From an uncultured Clostridia bacterium (GTDB lineage Bacteria; Bacillota; Clostridia; Christensenellales; Aristaeellaceae): DNA of 32,000 bases. The position numbers and the translations under genes are program-made. Position 1 is the first letter of the stretch. Every line of letters begins with the position of its first letter. The DNA lies in the NCBI GenBank assembly GCA_934647235.1, contig CAKUFG010000016.1:7282-39281 (forward strand), in the 5' to 3' direction. This document shows positions 23,750 through 32,000 of the stretch, one piece after another. The notes beneath the pieces were generated by a model. That model ran no database searches. It had not been told where the DNA came from and saw only the letters and a list, made by a program, of their open reading frames with translations.

Positions 23750-24958
23750 ATGATTCTGCGTTCCAACCGGATGGAAAAGGTGCACTCCGATATTCGCGGC
23801 CCGCTTTATGAGGAAGCGCTGCGCATGCAGGCGGCGGGCGAAAAGGTACTGAAGCTCAATACCGGCAACCCCGCCTCCTTTGGCTTTACCCTGCCCGACA
23901 GCGTGCGCCGCGCGCTGGCCGAGCATGTGGACGAGGCTGTTCCCTACTGCGATATGCGCGGCATGCCCGAGGCGCGCCGCGTGATCTGCGAATATCACAA
24001 GCGCCGGGGCCTGAAGAACATTACCATGGATGATATTTTTATCGGCAACGGCGTCAGCGAGGTTGCCTCCATGGCCATGACGGCGCTGGTGAGCACGGGG
24101 GACGAAATCCTGATGCCCTCGCCCTGCTACTCCCTGTGGAGCAACAATGCTTATATTTGCAGCGGCGTGCCGGTGTTTTATCACTGCGATCCCAAGAATA
24201 ACTGGAATCCTGACCCCGACGATATCGCCCGCAAGGTAACGAGCCGTACCAAGGCTATCGTGCTGATCAACCCCAATAACCCCACCGGCGCGGTATACAG
24301 CCGTGAAACGCTGCTGGCTATCGCCGATATTGCCCGCAAGCATCATCTGGTGCTGCTGTCGGATGAGATTTACGACCGCCTGGTGATGGACGATCTGCCG
24401 TACTATTCCATGGCCGCGCTTGCGCCCGACGTGCCCTGCATCACCTTTAACGGTCTGTCCAAATCGCATATTATCTGCGGCTTCCGCTGCGGCTGGATGG
24501 TGTTCAACAGCCCGGACGGCGTGCTGGAGGATATCAAGCAGGCTGTAACGCAGCTGGCCTCCATGCGCCTGTGCGGCAACGCGCTGACGCAGCTGGTGAT
24601 TCCTGCAGCCATGGCCGATCCTGAGAGCACGCGCGCCATGCTGGTGCCCGGCGGCCGCCTGTATGAGCAGCGCAAGGCCACCACCGAAACGCTGGCTCAG
24701 ATCGAAGGCGTGTCCTTTATCCCCAACCGCGCGGCCTTCTACCTGTTCCCGGCCATCGACGGCAGCGTATATAACTTCAAAAACGATCACGATTTCGCCA
24801 TGCAGTTCCTGCATGAAAAGCATGTGCTGGTTATTCCCGGCGCGGGCTTTGACTGGACGGACGATATCCGCGTGCGCATCGTGATGCTGCCAGAGGCGGC
24901 GGAGCTGAAGTTCGCCATGGAGGAAATGGGCGACTTCCTGAAGAAGCACAAGCGATAA
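23750..24958 (+). CDS. PLP-dependent aminotransferase, class I/II (AlaA/YfbQ-like)
   Basis: SDIRGPLYEEALRMQAAGEKVLKLNTGNPASFGF aligns with the AlaA N-terminus. Also INPNNPTGAVY and the PLP-lysine block NGLSKSHIICGFRCGW. Confidence 0.88.
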   Translation: MILRSNRMEKVHSDIRGPLYEEALRMQAAGEKVLKLNTGNPASFGFTLPDSVRRALAEHVDEAVPYCDMRGMPEARRVICEYHKRRGLKNITMDDIFIGNGVSEVASMAMTALVSTGDEILMPSPCYSLWSNNAYICSGVPVFYHCDPKNNWNPDPDDIARKVTSRTKAIVLINPNNPTGAVYSRETLLAIADIARKHHLVLLSDEIYDRLVMDDLPYYSMAALAPDVPCITFNGLSKSHIICGFRCGWMVFNSPDGVLEDIKQAVTQLASMRLCGNALTQLVIPAAMADPESTRAMLVPGGRLYEQRKATTETLAQIEGVSFIPNRAAFYLFPAIDGSVYNFKNDHDFAMQFLHEKHVLVIPGAGFDWTDDIRVRIVMLPEAAELKFAMEEMGDFLKKHKR

Positions 24959-24967
24959 AAAACAGAC

Positions 24968-24989
24968 AGCCGGCAATAAGCCGGCTTTT
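24968..24989 (+). terminator. intrinsic terminator after the aminotransferase gene
   Basis: AGCCGGC-aataa-GCCGGCT followed by TTTT. Confidence 0.6.
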
Positions 24990-25026
24990 CTGGCGTAAAG
25001 AGAGAAAAGACATAAGGAGATAAACG

Positions 25027-25905
25027 ATGTACATCGATATGGACGGCGTAAAGCGGCTGAAGATCAATCTGCATGCGCACACCACCGATTCGGATGGGCG
25101 CGTATCGCCCGAGGAGGCTGCGCGCATTTACCGCGAGGCGGGCTATGACGTGCTGGCGATTACCGACCACTGGCGCTGGCACAAAAGCGGAGAGTTAAGC
25201 GGTCTGCGCATCCTGGCTGGCGCGGAATATAACGTGGGTGGCTCGGACGGCGCGGCGGGCGTATACCATATCCTGGGTCTGGGCTGCGCGCATGCGCCGG
25301 CAATTGACCGTGAGGAGCAGGATCCTCAGCGCGTGCTGGATGCAATTCACGCTGCAAATGGTCTGGCCGTGCTGGCGCACCCTGCCTGGTCGCTCAACTC
25401 CGTATCGCAGGCCGCCGCGCTGCGTGGGGTGGAGGCCACCGAAATCTACAATACCGTGTCGGACGCGCATGAATCCTGCCGTCCCTATTCGGGCAATTTT
25501 GTGGATATCGCCGCCGGGCAGGGGCTGACCTATCCGCTGCTGGCCACGGACGACGTGCATTATTATGACGGCACGGACACAGCCTGCTCTTATATCATGC
25601 TGGCGTGCGCGCCCGATGCGGCAGATGTGGAGTTGCTGCAGGCTATCCGCGAAAAGCGCTTTTACGCCACTCAGGGGCCCGAGGTGCATCTGGATATCGT
25701 GGGGGATGAGGCGGTGGTGCGCTGCTCGCCCGCCGCGCGCATCACGCTGTTCACCAACAGGGTATGGGGGCGCGGCCACAGTGTGCGCGGCGAAAATCTG
25801 ACGGAGCACCGCGCGAAGCTCGATCCCACGGAAACCTTCATCCGCGCCGAGGTGACGGATGCGGACAGCAGAACGGCCTGGAGCAATACGATCCGGCTGA
25901 AATAA
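25027..25905 (+). CDS. PHP-domain metal-dependent phosphoesterase (second copy in the window)
   Basis: INLHAHTTDSDG, LAITDHW, AHPAW and TDDVHYY are His/Asp metal-ligand blocks of the PHP fold. AAGGAGA RBS. Confidence 0.8.
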   Translation: MYIDMDGVKRLKINLHAHTTDSDGRVSPEEAARIYREAGYDVLAITDHWRWHKSGELSGLRILAGAEYNVGGSDGAAGVYHILGLGCAHAPAIDREEQDPQRVLDAIHAANGLAVLAHPAWSLNSVSQAAALRGVEATEIYNTVSDAHESCRPYSGNFVDIAAGQGLTYPLLATDDVHYYDGTDTACSYIMLACAPDAADVELLQAIREKRFYATQGPEVHLDIVGDEAVVRCSPAARITLFTNRVWGRGHSVRGENLTEHRAKLDPTETFIRAEVTDADSRTAWSNTIRLK

Positions 25906-25932
25906 AAAGCGATATTAAAGGCAAACAATCGG

Positions 25933-25976
25933 AAAACGCCTTTCACGCCGAAAAGCAAGCGTGAAAGGCGTTTTTT
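25933..25976 (+). terminator. strong intrinsic terminator
   Basis: 16-bp perfect stem AAAACGCCTTTCACGC/GCGTGAAAGGCGTTTT followed by a T-run. Confidence 0.85.
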
Positions 25977-26057
25977 GCCTGATAAAAATACAAAACAAGT
26001 GCAGAAAGCCGCCGGAATGTCTGATTGGGTAAATAAAAATAAAATTAAAAAAGCATA

Positions 26058-26086
26058 TTGCACATTTCTACCAAAGATGATATAGT
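26058..26086 (+). promoter_or_regulatory. sigma-A promoter of the ABC transporter operon
   Basis: TTGCAC (26058-26063), 17-nt spacer, TATAGT (26081-26086), in a very AT-rich intergenic region. Confidence 0.55.
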
Positions 26087-26190
26087 ATAAGCACGTTATG
26101 GAAAAATGGACACATGCAAAGGCGATCCTTTTCGCGCAGGCAAACGCGCGAAGAAAATAGAAGGATAAACAAGAAAGGAAGGACACCCTC

Positions 26191-27489
26191 ATGAAGAAAA
26201 CGTTGGCCCTTTTGCTGGCAGCGCTGCTGCTGATCGGCATTGCTCCCGCTTTCGCCGAGACTGCGGACCCCTATGCCATTACCGAGCCCATCACCATCGA
26301 ATGGTGGCACAGCCATGAAGAGCAGTATTCCGGCCTGCTGGACGGCATGCTGGAGCAGTTCGCCAAGGAAAATCCCCTGATCACCGTTACTCCCATCTAT
26401 CAGGGCTCCTATTCCGATATCCATACCAAGCTGATGAGCGCGGTCACGGCCGAAAACGTGCCGGCGCTGTGCGTTGCCAACACCTCCTATCCCGCCATGT
26501 ACGGCGCGCAGGGCATCTGCACCGATCTGACCCCCTATATGCAGGCCAGCGGCTACGATGTGATGGACTTCGGCGAGGGCCTGGTCGCCTCCACCAGCTA
26601 TCAGGGCCAGCAGATCTGCCTGCCCTACCTGATCTCCACCCAGGTAATGTACTACAATAAGACCGCCGCCGACGCCGAAGGCATTGAAATGCCCAAGACC
26701 TTCGACGACATGGAAGAGTTCCTGAAGAAGGCCACCATCTTCAACGAGGACGGCACCACCAAGCGCTACGGCACCGTCTTCGGCGGCTGGGATTACTGGT
26801 ACTATGAGATGCTGTACAAGAACAACGGCGTCCAGGTAATCAATGAAGAAGAAAACAAGAGCGACCTGAACAGCGAGCTGGCTGCACAGATCACCGCCAA
26901 GATCGCCGAGTGGTGCGATAAGGGCTACGCCTACTATGCCTACGGCACCGGCGCTTCCTCCAACATGCGCCAGCTGTTCGCGGACGAGGGCACCTTCTCC
27001 GTGTTCCACACCTCCTCCCTGTATGACACCTACGTAAACACCCTGGTAAAGGGCAAGTTTGAAGTGGGTATGGCCTGGTGCCCCGGCGGCAACGACGGCG
27101 AAACCTTCAAGAGCGAAGTGGGCGGCTGCGTGCTGCTGATCCCCGAAAAGGCCTCCCAGGCGCAGAAGAACGCTGCGTGGAAGCTGCTGCAGTTCATGAC
27201 CAGCCCCGAAATCAACCTGTACTGGGCCGACCAGACCGGTTACTTCCCCACCCGTCAGAGCGTGCAGGGCACCGAAGCCTATCAGGAATACCTGACCCGC
27301 AAGCCCGCGATGGAATCCGTCGTGTCCATGGCTTCCTGGATCAACCCCCGCAACCAGCACCCCGCCTATGACCAGATTGCCAACCTGTGGCGTCATGCCC
27401 TGGCCAAGGTGTTCAACGAAAAGGCTCCCGTTCAGGATACCCTGGATGAGCTGGTAACCGAAGTGAACGAAATCCTTGAAGATCAGTAA
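26191..27489 (+). CDS. ABC transporter extracellular solute-binding protein (family 1, carbohydrate type)
   Basis: Signal peptide MKKTLALLLAALLLIGIAPAFA|E with no lipobox Cys. ITIEWWHSHEEQY...PIYQGSYSDIHTKL and overall ~430 aa SBP_bac_1 layout. Confidence 0.88.
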   Translation: MKKTLALLLAALLLIGIAPAFAETADPYAITEPITIEWWHSHEEQYSGLLDGMLEQFAKENPLITVTPIYQGSYSDIHTKLMSAVTAENVPALCVANTSYPAMYGAQGICTDLTPYMQASGYDVMDFGEGLVASTSYQGQQICLPYLISTQVMYYNKTAADAEGIEMPKTFDDMEEFLKKATIFNEDGTTKRYGTVFGGWDYWYYEMLYKNNGVQVINEEENKSDLNSELAAQITAKIAEWCDKGYAYYAYGTGASSNMRQLFADEGTFSVFHTSSLYDTYVNTLVKGKFEVGMAWCPGGNDGETFKSEVGGCVLLIPEKASQAQKNAAWKLLQFMTSPEINLYWADQTGYFPTRQSVQGTEAYQEYLTRKPAMESVVSMASWINPRNQHPAYDQIANLWRHALAKVFNEKAPVQDTLDELVTEVNEILEDQ

Positions 27490-27513
27490 GCGCTACTGAA
27501 GAACCATTTATGC

Positions 27514-27539
27514 GGGAGGAGGAGGCAGCTCCTCCTCCC
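27514..27539 (+). promoter_or_regulatory. perfect 11-bp intercistronic hairpin built from tandem SD-like repeats
   Basis: GGGAGGAGGAG-gcag-CTCCTCCTCCC, 25 nt after the SBP stop and 23 nt before the permease start. No U-run follows. Confidence 0.6.
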
Positions 27540-27561
27540 ATGTTTGATATGAGGTGAATGT

Positions 27562-28758
27562 ATGCAGGCGGCAAAAAGCATCGGCGTAAACAAACGCCCT
27601 CTGGGGCACTCCCCGCTGCGCAGGGCGGCTGCGATTGCAATGATCGTATTCGGGGTTATATTCTTTGTGGCCGGGGTCTATGGATACCTTGTCAACGACC
27701 TGCGGTGCGTAAATCAGGATCTGTTTACGCGCGTCGCCGCCGCCCGCAAGGCAGCGCTTTCAGCCGGCACCCGCGTATCGGGCGGCATGGGCCTGCTGAG
27801 CGAATATCTGAAAACGGCCTGCATTATCATGATTCTTGGCATCGCGCTGACGCTGCTGGGCGTGATGATGCTGGCGCTGCGCAGGGAGCGCTATATTGAT
27901 TTTCTGTGCATCGTGCCGGCGATGATCTTCTTTATGATGTTCGTATACTATCCGATCATTGATCTGGTTCGTATCAGCTTTACGGATATGAAGCTGGGCA
28001 ACGATAACTTCAAGCAGGTCGGCTTCAAAAACTACAAGTGGCTGTTCCAGGGCTCGGGCTGGAAGTACTTCTTCCAGTCGCTCAAAATTACCATCACCTA
28101 CACCTTCTGGGAGCTGGTGTTTACGCTGGTGATCGGCATGCTGCTGGCGCTTCTGTTCAATCATATGACGCGCTATTTCAACGTGCTGCGCGCCGCGGTG
28201 TTTATGCCAAAGTATATCGCCGTCTCCACCAGCGCCATCGTATTCTTATGGATTCTTCACGGCAATCACGGCATCCTGAACCATCTGCTCAATATGCTTG
28301 GCATTGAGGGCGTGGATTGGCTGAACAAGGAAGATACGGCCCTTGCGGGCATTCTGTTTTTAACCTTCTGGCGCGTGACGGGCTACGGCATGATGATTTA
28401 TCTGTCCGCCATGAAGGGCATTCCCCAGGATTATTACGAGGCTGCGGCCATCGACGGTGCGGACGGCGTGCAGCGCTTCCGCCATATCACGGTGCCGCTG
28501 CTGACGCCCACCACCGTCTTCCTGCTGGTAACAACGTTTATCGCCAGCATGAAGGTGTTCCAGTCCGTGGACGTTATGACGGGCGGCGGCCCCGGCAAGG
28601 CCACCAACGTGGTGGTGCAGTGGATTTACAACACGGCGTTCAAGGACTTCCGCATGGAACGCTCGGCCACGGTATCGGTTGTGTTCTTTATTATCCTGCT
28701 GGTTTGCACGGCGCTGACGATGAAATGGTCCAACCGTAAAACCAACTACGACCAGTAA
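27562..28758 (+). CDS. carbohydrate ABC transporter permease (MalF/UgpA-like) with ~105 aa N-terminal 2-TM extension
   Basis: The core starts near RRERYIDFLCIVPAMIFFMMFVYYPII. EAA-type loop AMKGIPQDYYEAAAIDGADGVQRFRHITVPLL. GAGGTG RBS lies 6 nt before ATG 27562. Confidence 0.85.
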   Translation: MQAAKSIGVNKRPLGHSPLRRAAAIAMIVFGVIFFVAGVYGYLVNDLRCVNQDLFTRVAAARKAALSAGTRVSGGMGLLSEYLKTACIIMILGIALTLLGVMMLALRRERYIDFLCIVPAMIFFMMFVYYPIIDLVRISFTDMKLGNDNFKQVGFKNYKWLFQGSGWKYFFQSLKITITYTFWELVFTLVIGMLLALLFNHMTRYFNVLRAAVFMPKYIAVSTSAIVFLWILHGNHGILNHLLNMLGIEGVDWLNKEDTALAGILFLTFWRVTGYGMMIYLSAMKGIPQDYYEAAAIDGADGVQRFRHITVPLLTPTTVFLLVTTFIASMKVFQSVDVMTGGGPGKATNVVVQWIYNTAFKDFRMERSATVSVVFFIILLVCTALTMKWSNRKTNYDQ

Positions 28759-28778
28759 AGCGGAAGGAGAACGTTTTT

Positions 28779-29918
28779 ATGCAAAAAGAAAATCATCTGC
28801 TGCGGATGCGCCGCTCCGGCTGGTTTGATATTATGATGCTCTTCCTGGCCTTTGCGCTTGTGCTGGGCGTCCTGGGGCTGGTTGGCGTAATCAGCTATCA
28901 CAACGCCATGGGCCGCGTTACGGCGGACATGACGGAATACGAAATCACGCACTCGCTTTCCGCCCTGGCGCGCTCCAGAGGCACGTATCTTACGGCGGCA
29001 GCCGTCTGCCTGGGCGTTGCAGCCGTGGGGCTTTTGTGCCTGCGCTTTATTTCGCCCCTGATCCAGGCCGATCCGCGCCGCCAGATGGCTATGCGCCGCA
29101 CTATGCGGGCGCTGCAGTATATCGCGGCGACGCTCTTTACCCTGGTGATGCTCTTCCCGATTTACTGGATGATCATTTCCTCCTTCAAAACCAGCGAGGA
29201 GCTGCTCAATCCCGTGCCTACCCTGTGGCCGCTGAAATTCAATTTTCAGAATTATCCAAACGTTCTGCGCCGCGCGCCGTTCCTGAAGTACTTTTACAAC
29301 ACCATGATTATGACCGCCTTCATCATGCTGGGCGAATTGACGCTGGGCGTGCTGGCGGCGTATGGCTTCTCCAAGGGCAATTTCCCCGGCAAAAACGTGT
29401 TCTTCCTGATCGTGCTGGGCGCGCTGATGGTGCCCTTCCAGGTCACGTTCATTCCCATCTATGTGATGGTATCGCGCCTGAACTGGCTTAACTCCTTCCC
29501 CGGCCTGGTAGTGCCGAACCTTGTATCGGCGTATTTCATCTTTATGCTCCGGCAGGCGTTCATGTCGGTGGACGACAGCTATATCGAGGCGGGCCGCATC
29601 GACGGCATGGGGCGCATCGGCACCATCGTGCATGTGCTGTGCCCGATGTGCGCGCCTACGCTGATTACGCTGAGCATCCTCTCCTTCATCGGCGGCTGGA
29701 ACAGCTATTTCTGGCCCAAGATGATCACCACCACCGACGTGCGCCGCACCATTGCCGTGGGCGTCACCTACCTTCGCCAAACCTTCTCCGGCCTGGAGAC
29801 CTCCAACTATAACGAAATCATGGCCGGCGCGGTGATGGGCATTGTGCCGATCATCCTGCTGTTCCTGATCCTGCAGAAGTACATCATGACGGGCATGAGC
29901 AAGGCCGCGATGAAATAA
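28779..29918 (+). CDS. carbohydrate ABC transporter permease (MalG/UgpE-like) with ~100 aa N-terminal 2-TM extension
   Basis: The core starts near RRTMRALQYIAATLFTLVMLFPIYWMIISSFKT. EAA-type loop RQAFMSVDDSYIEAGRIDGMGRIGTIVHVLCPM. GGAAGGAGAA RBS precedes ATG 28779. Confidence 0.85.
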   Translation: MQKENHLLRMRRSGWFDIMMLFLAFALVLGVLGLVGVISYHNAMGRVTADMTEYEITHSLSALARSRGTYLTAAAVCLGVAAVGLLCLRFISPLIQADPRRQMAMRRTMRALQYIAATLFTLVMLFPIYWMIISSFKTSEELLNPVPTLWPLKFNFQNYPNVLRRAPFLKYFYNTMIMTAFIMLGELTLGVLAAYGFSKGNFPGKNVFFLIVLGALMVPFQVTFIPIYVMVSRLNWLNSFPGLVVPNLVSAYFIFMLRQAFMSVDDSYIEAGRIDGMGRIGTIVHVLCPMCAPTLITLSILSFIGGWNSYFWPKMITTTDVRRTIAVGVTYLRQTFSGLETSNYNEIMAGAVMGIVPIILLFLILQKYIMTGMSKAAMK

Positions 29919-29986
29919 CGCCTGTGCGGCCGCCGAATTGCCATTGAAAATCACAATAAGTCTTTTCCATATGGGAGGAACCAACG

Positions 29987-30922
29987 ATGAAAAAACGCCT
30001 GATTGCGCTGGCGCTGATGCTGAGCCTGCTGTTTTCCTGCGCCCTTGCCGAGGATGCGCGCTACGGCCAGGTTTACGATACCGCCCAGGATGCGGGCAGG
30101 CTGACCGTGCGCTATCTGTGGCTTGGGCCGCAGGTGGCGGATGATAAGCCGGGCGACTGCATGATTCTGACCTCGCCCGATGGCAAGATCATGGTGCTGG
30201 ATGCGGGCCATCCGCAGGCAACGCAGTATATCATCGCCGCGCTGGATGAGATGGGCGTAAAGAAGATCGATTATCTGGTAGCCTCTCATCCGCATATCGA
30301 TCATATCGGCGGCATGGCTGCGTTGATGGATCGCTATGAGGTGGGCATTCATTATTCTACCGAGCTTTGGCATACCACCAATACCTATAAGGGCTATGTC
30401 GCGGCGATCGAGCGCAATCACATCGAGCAGGTTTATCTGCACGAGGGCGACAGCTTCATGTTCGGCGATCAGGTCAAGGTGTATGTGTACAACCCGGAGG
30501 CTGAAATCGAATATTACGAGGATTATCCCAAGAGCGGTACGCAGTTTATGAACAACCATTCGCTGGTGCTCAAGTTTGTGTATGGCGATTCGTCCTTCCT
30601 GATGGCGGGCGATCTATACAGCACGGGTGAAACGGATGTGGTCAAGCGCTGGGGCGATGCGCTGCATGCCGACGTGATCAAAGCCAATCATCATGGCCTG
30701 GATACCTCCAATTCGCCCAAGTGGCGCAAAACGGTCAACCCGGAGATCACTGTGATTACAAATGATCTGCTGGGCAGCGTGTTTGTTGCACAGAAATATG
30801 CCCGCAACGGCAAGCAGATGTACCATATCTTCCTGGATGGCGACGTGCGCGTCAGCACGGCCGGCGACGGCGAATACGAGGTACTGACTGGCAAGGACAG
30901 ACAAACGGATTTCTTTGATTGA
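29987..30922 (+). CDS. MBL-fold metallo-hydrolase lipoprotein (ComEC-type beta-lactamase domain)
   Basis: Lipobox LLFSC in the signal peptide, HxHxDH motif SHPHIDHIGG, and downstream ANHHG. GGGAGGA RBS. Confidence 0.85.
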   Translation: MKKRLIALALMLSLLFSCALAEDARYGQVYDTAQDAGRLTVRYLWLGPQVADDKPGDCMILTSPDGKIMVLDAGHPQATQYIIAALDEMGVKKIDYLVASHPHIDHIGGMAALMDRYEVGIHYSTELWHTTNTYKGYVAAIERNHIEQVYLHEGDSFMFGDQVKVYVYNPEAEIEYYEDYPKSGTQFMNNHSLVLKFVYGDSSFLMAGDLYSTGETDVVKRWGDALHADVIKANHHGLDTSNSPKWRKTVNPEITVITNDLLGSVFVAQKYARNGKQMYHIFLDGDVRVSTAGDGEYEVLTGKDRQTDFFD

Positions 30923-30930
30923 CGACATAC

Positions 30931-30953
30931 AGCGCCCTTCGGGGCGCTTCTTT
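30931..30953 (+). terminator. intrinsic terminator after the MBL gene
   Basis: AGCGCCC-ttcg-GGGCGCT followed by TCTTT. Confidence 0.6.
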
Positions 30954-30981
30954 GCGTGCGCCGGAATATGCCAAGATAATG

Positions 30982-30999
30982 AACAATATGATTATTGTT
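30982..30999. promoter_or_regulatory. 7-bp inverted repeat, candidate operator
   Basis: AACAATA-tgat-TATTGTT, 44 nt upstream of the -35 of the HD-gene promoter, in a roughly 30% GC spacer. Confidence 0.25.
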
Positions 31000-31042
31000 T
31001 AGTGATATGTCAAAATTACACGGCATATATCGAATTATATAC

Positions 31043-31071
31043 TGGACAAAATACAACTTGTTCAGTATAAT
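31043..31071 (+). promoter_or_regulatory. sigma-A promoter of the HD-domain/molybdopterin-binding gene pair
   Basis: TGGACA (31043-31048), 17-nt spacer, TATAAT (31066-31071). Confidence 0.55.
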
Positions 31072-31122
31072 GATATAGTATCGATATGCGCGAATCGATT
31101 TTCACGAAATTGGAGGCGTAGA

Positions 31123-31647
31123 ATGCCGCACACTGGCATGAAGCCCGGCGCCGCGCTTACGCCGTGCATTCCGGATGAGTCCGTCTGCAGTACGCTGCTG
31201 ACGCAGGTTCCGCCGCAGGTGGCGGCGCATAGCCGCGCCGTGCAGCGCCTGGCGCTGGAAATGTGCGATGCGCTGGCAGCGCATGGCGTGCGGCTGAACC
31301 GCGCGCTCCTGTCTGCCGCCGCGCTGCTGCATGATATCTGCCGTACCGAGCCCAACCACGCTTTTGCCGGGGCGCAGAAGCTGCGCGGGCTGGGTTATCC
31401 CGAGATTGCGGACATTGTGGCCGTGCATCACGATTGGAGCGGCGGGCCGTTTGACGAAAGTGCGCTGCTGTACCTGGCGGATAAGTACGTGCAGGGCGAT
31501 CAGCGCGTAACGCTGGAAGAGCGCTTTGAACGCAGCCGGGCAAAGTGCCGTACCGAGCAGGCGCTGTGCGCCCATGACCGCCGGTATCGCGCCGCCCTTG
31601 CAGCCCGGCAGCAGTATGATCTATTGATCGGAGAGAAACAGCCATGA
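31123..31647 (+). CDS. HD-domain phosphohydrolase-like protein
   Basis: AAHSRAVQRLALEM...AALLHDICR (H...HD signature), VAVHHDW, LYLADKY. GGAGG RBS. Confidence 0.8.
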   Translation: MPHTGMKPGAALTPCIPDESVCSTLLTQVPPQVAAHSRAVQRLALEMCDALAAHGVRLNRALLSAAALLHDICRTEPNHAFAGAQKLRGLGYPEIADIVAVHHDWSGGPFDESALLYLADKYVQGDQRVTLEERFERSRAKCRTEQALCAHDRRYRAALAARQQYDLLIGEKQP

Positions 31648-32000
31648 AGCTGATGAAAACCACCGGGGCTGTTGGCCAGATGCTTTGCCACGATATCACC
31701 CAGATCATTCCGGGCGTGATCAAGGACGCGGTGTTCCGCAAGGGGCATATCATCCGCGAGGAGGATATTCCGGTGCTGCTCAGCGTAGGCAAGGAGCATG
31801 TGTATATCTGGGAGCAGAACGAAAACATGCTGCACGAAAACGACGCGGCGGCCATTCTGCGCGATCTGTGCATGGGCGAGCACATGAAAGCCTCTCAGCC
31901 CAAGGAGGGCAAGATTGAATTGACCGCGGAGTGCGACGGCCTGTTCCTGGCCGATCTGCCGCGCCTGCGCGCCATCAACGGCATGGGCCGCATGATGATT
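31644..32000 (+). CDS. molybdopterin-binding-domain protein (N-terminal part; runs off the window end)
   Basis: Missing from the ORF track because it has no stop. ATG 31644 overlaps the HD-gene stop (ATGA). Translation is MKLMKTTGAVGQMLCHDITQIIPGVIKDAVFRKGHIIREEDIPVLLSVGKEHVYIWEQNENMLHENDAA..., resembling proteins annotated molybdopterin-binding in Clostridia. Assignment is from recall only. Confidence 0.55.
   Translation, partial: MKLMKTTGAVGQMLCHDITQIIPGVIKDAVFRKGHIIREEDIPVLLSVGKEHVYIWEQNENMLHENDAAAILRDLCMGEHMKASQPKEGKIELTAECDGLFLADLPRLRAINGMGRMMI

Noticed and set aside
1-32000. Searched by eye for CRISPR repeats, tandem or interspersed repeats, transposase/integrase genes, tRNA T-arm signatures (GGTTCGAATCC-like) and rRNA.
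   Set aside because: None found. The only tRNA-like string is the T-box antiterminator region (13500-13520, minus strand), which is already explained.

Overview
High-GC (roughly 60-65% by eye) chromosomal core segment that looks like a Clostridia/Oscillospiraceae-type Firmicute. I support 33 protein genes, mostly housekeeping. They include uvrB (partial), murA, ansA, hpf, xth, an M32 carboxypeptidase, a T-box-controlled cysE-cysS-comEA unit, a long asp23-amaP-DUF2273-nusB-(Kae1/TsaD-like)-folD-xseA-xseB-ispA cluster, cysteine desulfurase-thiI-aminotransferase, two PHP phosphoesterases, a sugar-type ABC importer (SBP plus two permeases, no ATPase) followed by an MBL-fold lipoprotein, and an HD-domain/molybdopterin-binding pair (partial). 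I saw no rRNA, tRNA, CRISPR array, transposase or integrase. The many 400-800 aa ORFs antisense to these genes are high-GC artefacts. The most unusual element is a ~0.95 kb ORF-free gap (8450-9408). It has a near-consensus promoter at its start and the strongest intrinsic terminator in the window at its end, which defines a stand-alone ~840 nt candidate structured ncRNA that I cannot assign to any small-RNA family by eye. Secondary oddities: a VanY/LdcB-like protein whose metal ligands and catalytic Glu all appear substituted; a single low-GC gene for a membrane-anchored XRE regulator with its own palindrome; a Cys-rich tail on CysE; matching N-terminal 2-TM extensions on both ABC permeases; and an SD-repeat hairpin between the SBP and permease genes.
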